A stretch of 36,178 bases of DNA. It comes from a virus (lineage: Duplodnaviria > Heunggongvirae > Uroviricota > Caudoviricetes). Position 1 is the first letter of the stretch; the number at the start of each line of letters is the position of its first letter. The translations under genes were made by a program, and so were the position numbers. This document shows, in pieces, positions 19,136 to 26,889 of the stretch. The notes under the pieces were generated by a model. The model was not told where the DNA came from and ran no database searches. It saw only the letters and a list, made by a program, of their open reading frames with translations. The stretch lies in IMG/VR virus record IMGVR_UViG_2695420793_000017. One strand, 5' to 3'.

Positions 19136-20194
19136 TTACGCTCCGATTTCTGCTGCGGCGGCGCTGAAGTCGCCAATCTGGATGTTTTCCACCAGTGCGG
19201 CGCAGCGGTAGTCCTCAACCACATAGGCTTCGTTAACGGATTCAAAATTTTCAATCCGGTCACGTTTCGGGTTGTCGATAACTGAACGGCGGCGGGTGTC
19301 TTCCTGCCAGTAGATGGACAGGTTATCCAGACGGGTGATTAGCAGCGCATTCGGCGGGAAGAACGGCGCACGCACGGCCTGCAGGCCACCCATGCGTTTC
19401 TGACTGATGATCATATCGGCAGCGAGTTTTTCACTGTTTTCCTGCTCTTTGTTGACCAGCGGGAAATACTTGTCAGACAGCAGTTCACGACCGCAAATCA
19501 CCACCAGATCGTCATCGTCCTGGTAAACCACGTCGATAAGCTCATTGACGGCATCCATCACCACAGCGTCCAGGTTGGCATATTCGCCACCTTTCCCGAC
19601 TTTCACCGCACCCGGTGTGGTTTCGCCGCCCGCGGTGGTGCTGCCCATGACGTGATCCGGTGCATCCTCACGGATTTTCTGCAGCCAGCCTTTGTTCACA
19701 TCCTGCAGCAGCGGGTTTTCACTACGGTTGGAGGTTTTCGCACGCTTCACGCCGTTAAAGCCGATCATGATGCGGTCCAGTGCCTGACGTTTCACGATGG
19801 CGTCACGGATACGCACCTGGAAATCCTGAAACTTCGCCCACAGGTCCAGCTTCGCGTAGGTCAGTACCGTGTCAAAGTTGGTCTGCTCGCATTTATATTC
19901 CACATCGACCATCAGCGTCGGATCGACAGGTTCACGCTCTTTCGCGGTGGTATCAGTGGTTCCGGCAATGGTGCTGCCAACTCCCAACCCCAGCAGCTGA
20001 CCGGACTGCTCAGTCACTGGCGTGACGTTAATCAGCGTCAGGAAAGCGGCGGACTGCTGGATCTGGTCTTCCAATGTCTGCTGCACGGACGGCTCTACGG
20101 TGAACTTGCTGGACAGTTCTTCAACTGCCACACCGTTCAGACGCGCCAGTTGCTGCAGATAAGCGTTAAAAGCAAAGCGGGTATTCTTCTTCAT
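19136..20194 (-). CDS. N: major capsid protein N
   Basis: 352-aa ORF; gpN family. Confidence 0.85.
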   Translation of the reverse strand: MKKNTRFAFNAYLQQLARLNGVAVEELSSKFTVEPSVQQTLEDQIQQSAAFLTLINVTPVTEQSGQLLGLGVGSTIAGTTDTTAKEREPVDPTLMVDVEYKCEQTNFDTVLTYAKLDLWAKFQDFQVRIRDAIVKRQALDRIMIGFNGVKRAKTSNRSENPLLQDVNKGWLQKIREDAPDHVMGSTTAGGETTPGAVKVGKGGEYANLDAVVMDAVNELIDVVYQDDDDLVVICGRELLSDKYFPLVNKEQENSEKLAADMIISQKRMGGLQAVRAPFFPPNALLITRLDNLSIYWQEDTRRRSVIDNPKRDRIENFESVNEAYVVEDYRCAALVENIQIGDFSAAAAEIGA

Positions 20195-20210
20195 CAGGTT
20201 TTGTGCTCCA

Positions 20211-21044
20211 TCAGCAATTGGTCAGAGTGTCAGCGGGGGCGTTACCGCCTGTTGCACGCTGGCGGTAGTCCTGGCGGCTGTCTTCATGGCTCAGCTTGTC
20301 CACCAGTTCGTTAAAGGCGGTCTGCTGTGCCTGCAGGGCAGTCTCCAGCTCAGACAGGCGTTCTTCCTGCTCAGACAGGGATTTTTCGGTGCGCGCACTC
20401 AGGTTCTGCTGCTCAGTGGCGACCAGTTCCACGGCCTTATGCACATCAGAGAACCGGGCGTCATCGGACTGCTCTTTTTTGGTGAACAGCGCCGTGACAC
20501 GGGCAAACAGGGACGGTTTGTCATCCTGGATTTCTTCCAGTTCGATCACCGTTTCCTCTGCAGCGGTAAAAAGATTGGCGGGATTCTGCTTGCGGTTTGC
20601 CAGCGGGTTATGGGCTGCACTGGCGCTGAATGTAAGCATTTCAGTGCCCAGACTGGCAGGGTCATCAGTGGCAGCCAGGCCGACCAGGTAGGCTTTGCCC
20701 GTATCAGCGAACTTCGGGCTAACTTCCATAGATGTGAATAATTTCTGGCCTTTTTTCACCAGTTCCACCAGGGACTCCGTTGGCTCAACGTCGGCATACA
20801 GCGCCATCTTGCCTGCCAGCGGACCTTCCTTGATTTCTTCAGCAAACAGCGCCGTCACCTTGCCGTAGCGGTTAAAGGTGCTGTCCGGCAGATAAGACTT
20901 GATGTGCTCAAGGTTAATCAGCGCGGTATACACCGCTGGGTTGTAGCTGGCTGCCATCTGTTCCAGCCATTCACGCTGGATTTCGCGTCCGTCGGTGGTG
21001 GCACCTTCCACCCCGATGCGAAAACGCTTTGCTTTCACTGTCAT
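20211..21044 (-). CDS. O: capsid scaffolding protein O
   Basis: 277-aa ORF with an acidic coiled-coil C-terminus; divergent from P. Confidence 0.8.
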   Translation of the reverse strand: MTVKAKRFRIGVEGATTDGREIQREWLEQMAASYNPAVYTALINLEHIKSYLPDSTFNRYGKVTALFAEEIKEGPLAGKMALYADVEPTESLVELVKKGQKLFTSMEVSPKFADTGKAYLVGLAATDDPASLGTEMLTFSASAAHNPLANRKQNPANLFTAAEETVIELEEIQDDKPSLFARVTALFTKKEQSDDARFSDVHKAVELVATEQQNLSARTEKSLSEQEERLSELETALQAQQTAFNELVDKLSHEDSRQDYRQRATGGNAPADTLTNC

Positions 21045-21122
21045 GAGCCGTGCTCCGTTAGAAAAAACTTACTGGAGCCTTATGGTTGCGGTGATGGGGG
21101 CAGTGAAACAATGCGCGGTATT

Positions 21123-21140
21123 TGTACCGACAACCACACA
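21123..21140. promoter_or_regulatory. putative late promoter dyad (TGT-N12-ACA) in the O/P divergent region
   Basis: TGTaccgacaaccacACA, about 87 nt upstream of the O ATG; same half-sites as the FI dyad. Confidence 0.45.
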
Positions 21141-21186
21141 AACCGCAGGCGGGGAAAGCCTTCATTCAAGGTTGTAGGTTTGTGCC

Positions 21187-22953
21187 ATGAACACCACACT
21201 GACACCCGCAGATCTCGATCCCCGTCGGCAGGCCATGCTGCTGTACTTTCAGGGATACCGCGTAGCCCGCATTGCTGAAATGCTGGGCGAGAAAGTTGCA
21301 ACCGTTCACAGCTGGAAAAAACGCGACAAGTGGGGTGACTATGGGCCGCTGGATCAGATGCAGCTCACCACCGCCGCACGCTACTGCCAGCTCATCATGA
21401 AGGAGCACAAAGAAGGGAAAGATTTCAAAGAGATTGACCTGCTGGCGCGCCAGTCGGAGCGCCACGCGCGGATCGGCAAGTTTAACAATGGCGGCAACGA
21501 AGCCGACTTAAACCCTAACGTCGCCAACCGCAATAAAGGCCCACGCCGTCAGCCGGAAAAGAATGTTTTCACCGATGAGCAGATTGAGAAGCTGGAAGAA
21601 ATCTTCCATTCCTCCATGTTCAACTACCAGCGCCACTGGTGGGAAGCCGGAAAAACCAACCGCATCCGCAACCTGCTGAAGTCACGCCAGATCGGCGCGA
21701 CCTTTTACTTTGCCCGTGAAGCCCTGATTGACGCCCTGCTTACCGGACGTAACCAGATTTTCCTTTCCGCCAGCAAGGCACAGGCCCACGTCTTTAAGCA
21801 GTACATCATCGACTTCGCCAAAGAAGTGGGGGTGGAGTTGAAAGGCGATCCGATGGTGCTTCCTAACGGGGCCACGCTTTACTTCCTCGGCACCAATGCC
21901 CGCACGGCCCAGAGTTATCACGGCAACCTGTATCTGGATGAATATTTCTGGATACCGAAATTCCAGGAGCTGCGCAAAGTGGCTTCCGGTATGGCTATTC
22001 ACAAAAAATGGCGACAAACCTATTTTTCCACGCCATCCAGCCTGACACACAGTGCTTATCCGTTCTGGTCCGGTGCGCTGTTCAACCGTGGGCGCAACAA
22101 GGCCGACAAGGTGGACATCGACCTGTCCCACAGCAATCTGGCCCCCGGCCTGCTGTGCGCAGACGGGCAATACCGCCAGATAGTCACCGTGGAAGATGCG
22201 GTGCGCGGCGGCTGTAACCTGTTCGACCTTGACCAGTTGCGCATGGAGTACAGCCCGGACGAATACCAGAACCTGCTGATGTGCGAGTTTGTGGACGATC
22301 TCGCGTCCGTATTTCCGCTCAGCGAGCTGCAGGCGTGCATGGTGGACAGCTGGGAAGTCTGGACCGACTTTCATGCACTGGCTCTGCGCCCGTTTGGCTG
22401 GCGCGAAGTGTGGATCGGTTATGACCCGGCAAAAGGTACGCAAAACGGCGACAGCGCCGGATGCGTGGTGGTGGCACCGCCAGCCGTGCCTGGTGGTAAG
22501 TTCCGCATTCTTGAGCGTCACCAGTGGCGCGGGATGGACTTCCGCGCCCAGGCTGACGCCATCAAAAAACTGACCGAACAGTACAACGTGACCTATATCG
22601 GTATCGACTCAACCGGCGTTGGTCACGGGGTTTATGAGAACGTGAAAGCGTTCTTTCCTGCCGTCCGGGAGTTTGTCTACAACCCCAATGTTAAAAACGC
22701 CCTGGTACTCAAGGCCTACGACATTATCAGCCACCGCCGTCTGGAGTTTGACGCCGGGCACACCGACATTGCGCAGTCATTTATGGCAATCCGTCGCGCT
22801 ACCACTGCCAGTGGCAACCGCCCGACCTATGAAGCCAGCCGCAGCGAAGAAGCCAGCCATGCCGATCTGGCCTGGGCAACAATGCACGCACTGTTTAACG
22901 AACCGCTGCAGGGCGAGTCCGCCAATACCAGCAATATTGTGGAGATTTTTTGA
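21187..22953 (+). CDS. P: terminase large (ATPase) subunit P
   Basis: 588-aa ORF; gpP family; stop overlaps the Q start. Confidence 0.85.
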   Translation: MNTTLTPADLDPRRQAMLLYFQGYRVARIAEMLGEKVATVHSWKKRDKWGDYGPLDQMQLTTAARYCQLIMKEHKEGKDFKEIDLLARQSERHARIGKFNNGGNEADLNPNVANRNKGPRRQPEKNVFTDEQIEKLEEIFHSSMFNYQRHWWEAGKTNRIRNLLKSRQIGATFYFAREALIDALLTGRNQIFLSASKAQAHVFKQYIIDFAKEVGVELKGDPMVLPNGATLYFLGTNARTAQSYHGNLYLDEYFWIPKFQELRKVASGMAIHKKWRQTYFSTPSSLTHSAYPFWSGALFNRGRNKADKVDIDLSHSNLAPGLLCADGQYRQIVTVEDAVRGGCNLFDLDQLRMEYSPDEYQNLLMCEFVDDLASVFPLSELQACMVDSWEVWTDFHALALRPFGWREVWIGYDPAKGTQNGDSAGCVVVAPPAVPGGKFRILERHQWRGMDFRAQADAIKKLTEQYNVTYIGIDSTGVGHGVYENVKAFFPAVREFVYNPNVKNALVLKAYDIISHRRLEFDAGHTDIAQSFMAIRRATTASGNRPTYEASRSEEASHADLAWATMHALFNEPLQGESANTSNIVEIF

Positions 22954-23987
22954 TGGGAAAGAGTAAGAAGAACCGCGCTGCGTCGACGAAACAGATCCAG
23001 CATAAAAGCCAGACTTCAGCCGAAGCATTCAGCTTCGGTGATCCCGTTCCTGTTCTGGACCGCCGCGAACTGCTGGACTATGTGGAATGCGTACAGATGG
23101 AGCGTTGGTACGAGCCACCCGTAAGTTTTGACGGACTGGCGCGCACCTTCCGGGCTGCCGTGCATCACAGTTCCCCGATTGCAGTAAAGTGCAACATTCT
23201 GACCAGTACCTATATCCCTCATCCGCTGCTCAGCCAACAGGCTTTTTCGCGTTTTGTACAGGACTATCTGGTATTTGGTAACGCCTACCTGGAGAAACGC
23301 ACGAACCGATTCGGTGAAGTTATCGCCCTTGAGCCTGCGCTGGCAAAATACACCCGACGCGGGTTAGACCTGGATACCTACTGGTTTGTGCAATACGGTA
23401 TGACAACCCAGCCGTATCAGTTCACGAAAGGCAGCATTTTTCATCTGATGGAACCGGACATCAACCAGGAGATCTACGGCCTGCCCGGCTATCTTTCTGC
23501 CATCCCATCCGCTTTGCTCAACGAGTCCGCCACGCTGTTCCGCCGCAAGTATTACATTAACGGCAGTCATGCCGGCTTCATCATGTACATGACCGATGCC
23601 GCGCAGAACCAGGAGGATGTGAACAACCTCCGCAACGCAATGAAAAGCGCCAAAGGTCCGGGTAACTTCCGCAATCTGTTTATGTACTCGCCTAATGGTA
23701 AAAAAGACGGACTTCAGATTATCCCGTTGTCAGAAGTCGCAGCGAAGGATGAATTTCTGAATATCAAAAATGTTAGTCGCGATGACATGATGGCGGCACA
23801 CCGCGTGCCGCCACAGATGATGGGGATAATGCCAAATAATGTTGGGGGGTTTGGGGATGTGGAGAAGGCAAGTAATGTATTTGTACGCAATGAACTAATA
23901 CCATTGCAAAAAAGATTTGAAGAGTTAAATGTTTGGTTAAAAGAAAAAGTGATACAGTTCGAAGAATATAAACTTCATTCAAATTAG
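22950..23987 (+). CDS. Q: portal protein Q
   Basis: 345-aa ORF; gpQ family. Confidence 0.85.
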   Translation: MMGKSKKNRAASTKQIQHKSQTSAEAFSFGDPVPVLDRRELLDYVECVQMERWYEPPVSFDGLARTFRAAVHHSSPIAVKCNILTSTYIPHPLLSQQAFSRFVQDYLVFGNAYLEKRTNRFGEVIALEPALAKYTRRGLDLDTYWFVQYGMTTQPYQFTKGSIFHLMEPDINQEIYGLPGYLSAIPSALLNESATLFRRKYYINGSHAGFIMYMTDAAQNQEDVNNLRNAMKSAKGPGNFRNLFMYSPNGKKDGLQIIPLSEVAAKDEFLNIKNVSRDDMMAAHRVPPQMMGIMPNNVGGFGDVEKASNVFVRNELIPLQKRFEELNVWLKEKVIQFEEYKLHSN

Positions 23988-23993
23988 CTTTAA

Positions 23994-24012
23994 GGCTGCC
24001 AGTTTGGCAGCC
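23994..24012. terminator. possible bidirectional terminator hairpin between Q and the NTPase gene
   Basis: GGCTGCC-agttt-GGCAGCC hairpin; flanking T-runs are weak. Confidence 0.3.
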
Positions 24013-24019
24013 AGAACCT

Positions 24020-25270
24020 TTATCGCCATTTTAGATAAAAAGCAAAAAATGGATCAGTAATATGCAACTTTCGGTCCTCCTTATCCCAATCTATTACAGG
24101 AGTTGAAGCTTCTTCCGTAGCAGCTATTTTAGCCATTTTTTCTATAACACGAGTAACCTCATGAGCTTGTGGAGGAGCATCTTGCACCAGTTCGCGTATG
24201 GCTGATCTTAACTCCTCATACTGAATACTTTGCATTCCTGGTTTCATATGTGACAATGCATATAATACAACTTTATATATATCTACTTCCTCACCACTTT
24301 TCAGTTTTCTAGGAATTCTGTCAGTTCGCTGATTAGGGCCACTAGCTAACTTATCAAATACTATTTTCCCAGTGGATTCTGCAACCTTTCTAAAAATATC
24401 ATCATCTAAAGAATTAATAACTAACTTACTCGGCAAAGTTTCTTTAACATTATTTACTAAGCATATAGCCTTGCAAAACTCTTGCATTAAATGAGGGCTT
24501 CCCAATGATTCATTGGCAATTTTATCAATTACTGAATCACTAACTTCCATGTTTAACAGAGGAAATCCCACTTTTGCTATTTGTTTTAGTTCATCCATTT
24601 CCCACGAAGGCATGGAAATATTTTCTAGCCGTCCGGTAATTTCTTTTTCAACTTTTACAGCATCATATCTTCGATGTGGAATGGCTATCAGTACAACTGG
24701 TACTCCATCAAAAACTAATGGTTTTATCGCTCTAATAAAGTTACCTTGTAGGTCACGATCAAGGTAATGAAAGTCATCAATTATAAGACTAGACTTGGTT
24801 TGAGAGAGAACTTTTAGTGCAGAACTTTTTGCGGATATCGTTCGCGATTTTTTATTACCATTTGACTTTCCATCCGTCTGAACTAAACCAGCCTCACCTG
24901 TACCTTTAACAACGAATGCACTTGCGGTCCCCGATACCTTACCACTAACTGCAATAGCACTATTTTCTCCAGAATTAACTTCAATACTATGGTAGCCATT
25001 TAGTTTTTCTAATACCTGCTCCCAAATATCATCTTCAGTTGTAATACTCCCACCGTCAATCCATACAACATCATCGTCCATAACTGGGAATACCATTCTT
25101 GTAATTACAGTCTTACCAGACTTTGTTTGCCCAGTTAAAGTCACTAACTTACATAAATTATCTTTAGCACTCTCCAGTTTTCCATGAACCTCTCCTTCAG
25201 AGCGCTCAACATAAGTCAATTTCGGCATACCGCCAGGCACAAAAACTTGTGAAGCACGTTGTTTATCCAT
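24020..25270 (-). CDS. P-loop NTPase of unknown function (accessory gene, candidate anti-phage defence)
   Basis: 416-aa ORF; Walker A GQTKSGKT and Walker B-like LIIDDFHYLDRD; visibly AT-rich versus neighbours; lies between cos and Q. Confidence 0.8.
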   Translation of the reverse strand: MDKQRASQVFVPGGMPKLTYVERSEGEVHGKLESAKDNLCKLVTLTGQTKSGKTVITRMVFPVMDDDVVWIDGGSITTEDDIWEQVLEKLNGYHSIEVNSGENSAIAVSGKVSGTASAFVVKGTGEAGLVQTDGKSNGNKKSRTISAKSSALKVLSQTKSSLIIDDFHYLDRDLQGNFIRAIKPLVFDGVPVVLIAIPHRRYDAVKVEKEITGRLENISMPSWEMDELKQIAKVGFPLLNMEVSDSVIDKIANESLGSPHLMQEFCKAICLVNNVKETLPSKLVINSLDDDIFRKVAESTGKIVFDKLASGPNQRTDRIPRKLKSGEEVDIYKVVLYALSHMKPGMQSIQYEELRSAIRELVQDAPPQAHEVTRVIEKMAKIAATEEASTPVIDWDKEDRKLHITDPFFAFYLKWR

Positions 25271-25378
25271 GAATACTTCCCAATTAACACAGTTCTAGTG
25301 AACTACGATTCTAAAATAACATCTGAGCTTGGACAATTAACATTACATGATTTGAGTATTCAAAGCCACAAGCGCGCG

Positions 25379-25397
25379 CTCGTATCCCCGCCACGCC
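25379..25397 (-). other. putative cos cohesive-end sequence
   Basis: minus strand reads GGCGTGGCGGGGATACGAG, matching the start of the P2/186 cohesive ends as I recall them; exact 3' part differs. Confidence 0.5.
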
Positions 25398-25776
25398 TGC
25401 CCGCTTTATGCAGTGGTTTTCATGCACATGCATGACATGAGCAAAAGCCCGCCAGTTCTGGCGGATCTGAGCAAAGACGATCCTCAATCGATCATGCGAT
25501 TTCATGCAGCATAGTCATGCACTGTCAAGGAAGTGAAAATCCGTATCTGAATGGCCACTTGAAAAACGGATCATACGGGTTTACAAAGATGAATGTTCGC
25601 TGTGAACGGGAAGCGGAAGTTAGCTTTCAGATAACATAATCCATATGCACGAGAACCTCTAAAATAGAATGGGACACCTAAGCGGGGTACTTACAACGAT
25701 TCTTTCCATATTCACAGTTAACACTCTGTTTGGCGTATTTTTATTCAAATAGCAAACACCAATAAAAGGAGTTTCC

Positions 25777-26112
25777 ATGAACAATATTCCCCCTATACCA
25801 CAGTTAGGAATTTATGTCTCAAAAATCGATCCCACCCTACGTATCACTGTAACCGATGTTGATATTGTTGATGGTGAGGATGATTCTCCTGATGATGAAT
25901 TGTTTTATTTAGTCCACTGGATCGAGGGGGAAGATGAAAGTGATATGACAGCAATGGGATTTGAGCTAGACCCAGTAGAGTGGCAGGCTTTCGTTGAATC
26001 TGAGCAATTAGTGTTTGAGCGTGATCCGTACATGGATTCAATCCCCGAAAATTCAAACTTGGCAAAGATTCGGGATTTTCTCATGAAGACTAAACAGAAT
26101 GATCATTCGTAA
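25777..26112 (+). CDS. highly acidic hypothetical protein (possible DNA mimic)
   Basis: 111-aa ORF; AAAGGAG Shine-Dalgarno 7 nt upstream; about 26 Asp/Glu versus about 7 Lys/Arg by hand count. Confidence 0.65.
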   Translation: MNNIPPIPQLGIYVSKIDPTLRITVTDVDIVDGEDDSPDDELFYLVHWIEGEDESDMTAMGFELDPVEWQAFVESEQLVFERDPYMDSIPENSNLAKIRDFLMKTKQNDHS

Positions 26113-26304
26113 GTGTAAGCATCCATCAGGAAAATGGTTTTGTAAGTGAATCATCAACTTTTAGAGAGTCTCAGACACTCCCACTTCTGCTTCTGACACA
26201 AAGCGGACGATCACTTATCAAAATAACCGCCCACCTTACGCCTTATTTCACTCATTGCCCAAACTAGCCCCCATCAGAATGAATCCTCCTGGGGGCCACG
26301 TTTC

Positions 26305-26538
26305 TTAATGCAGCCAGCTGTCGTCCTCCCACACCTTCTGCATAATTTTCATCACTTGTTTTCTTTCTTCATCCAGTTGCAGTCCGGTTAGTTCCACACC
26401 GTTAGAGCTACCTTTGCGAATGCGAATTACCGTTTTGGGATACAGGGGGCGCAGATTGCGGTAAAGCTCGGATTCAAGGGCGTCCAGGGTAGACTGGCTA
26501 ATCTTCTGCTCTTTATCGATCATTATTTCAATGCGCAT
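26305..26538 (-). CDS. DinI-family protein
   Basis: MRIEIMIDK...WEDDSWLH resembles E. coli DinI (MRIEVTIAK...WESADDWF) as recalled; start set at ATG 26538 with a GAGGTGA Shine-Dalgarno overlapping the upstream stop. Confidence 0.7.
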   Translation of the reverse strand: MRIEIMIDKEQKISQSTLDALESELYRNLRPLYPKTVIRIRKGSSNGVELTGLQLDEERKQVMKIMQKVWEDDSWLH

Positions 26539-26548
26539 AAAAGTCACC

Positions 26549-26737
26549 TCAGCTGATGACATCCATTGAGCGGTTGTATTCGTGACTTCTGATTTTTGCC
26601 ATAAGTTCATCAGTCAATTCAGAAACCCACTGCAGAGCCAGCCCCTTCTCTTCATCACTACACTCACTAGCCGCTACAAGCTTAAGAAAAAAATCAATGC
26701 GCTGAAGCTTCAAAGACTCCAAAAAATAGTCCTGCAT
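26549..26737 (-). CDS. small hypothetical protein, first gene of the LexA-box operon (possible Tum-like N-terminal module)
   Basis: 62-aa ORF with an AGGAGG Shine-Dalgarno; a LexA box lies about 45 nt upstream; translationally coupled to the dinI-like gene. Confidence 0.55.
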   Translation of the reverse strand: MQDYFLESLKLQRIDFFLKLVAASECSDEEKGLALQWVSELTDELMAKIRSHEYNRSMDVIS

Positions 26738-26777
26738 CTTTCCTCCTATGACACCAAAACAATACTGTATACATAAC

Positions 26778-26797
26778 CACTGTTTATATTTACAGTA
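26778..26797. promoter_or_regulatory. LexA box (SOS operator)
   Basis: cACTGTttatatttACAGta = CTGT-N8-ACAG with an AT-rich spacer, overlapping a candidate -10 for the minus-strand operon. Confidence 0.65.
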
Positions 26798-26889
26798 TAT
26801 AATAATCTTACTGATGTAAAACGTTTTTTTACGTTCATCGGCCTGATATGCCTGGTATTATTAAGAGCACGAATTGTTAACCCGCGTAA

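Noticed and set aside
19652-20741. 220-aa and 151-aa plus-strand ORFs
   Set aside because: Antisense to the capsid gene N and the scaffold gene O; regarded as spurious.
21045-21186. Search for a second TGT-N12-ACA dyad serving the P promoter
   Set aside because: Only a reversed ACA-N12-TGT arrangement (about 21107-21125) was found; it is not the same motif, so no promoter element was called for P.
21682-22521. 279-aa minus-strand ORF
   Set aside because: Entirely antisense within the terminase gene P; Arg/His/Gly-rich with no recognisable family.
25311-25505. 64-aa minus-strand ORF in the cos region
   Set aside because: Spans the putative cohesive-end sequence and has no Shine-Dalgarno; the region is more likely non-coding packaging signal.
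26763-26780. Second LexA-like half palindrome (TACTGTATACATAACCAC) just upstream of the LexA box
   Set aside because: Only the CTGT half is present and the partner half is CCAC rather than ACAG, so it is not a complete operator.
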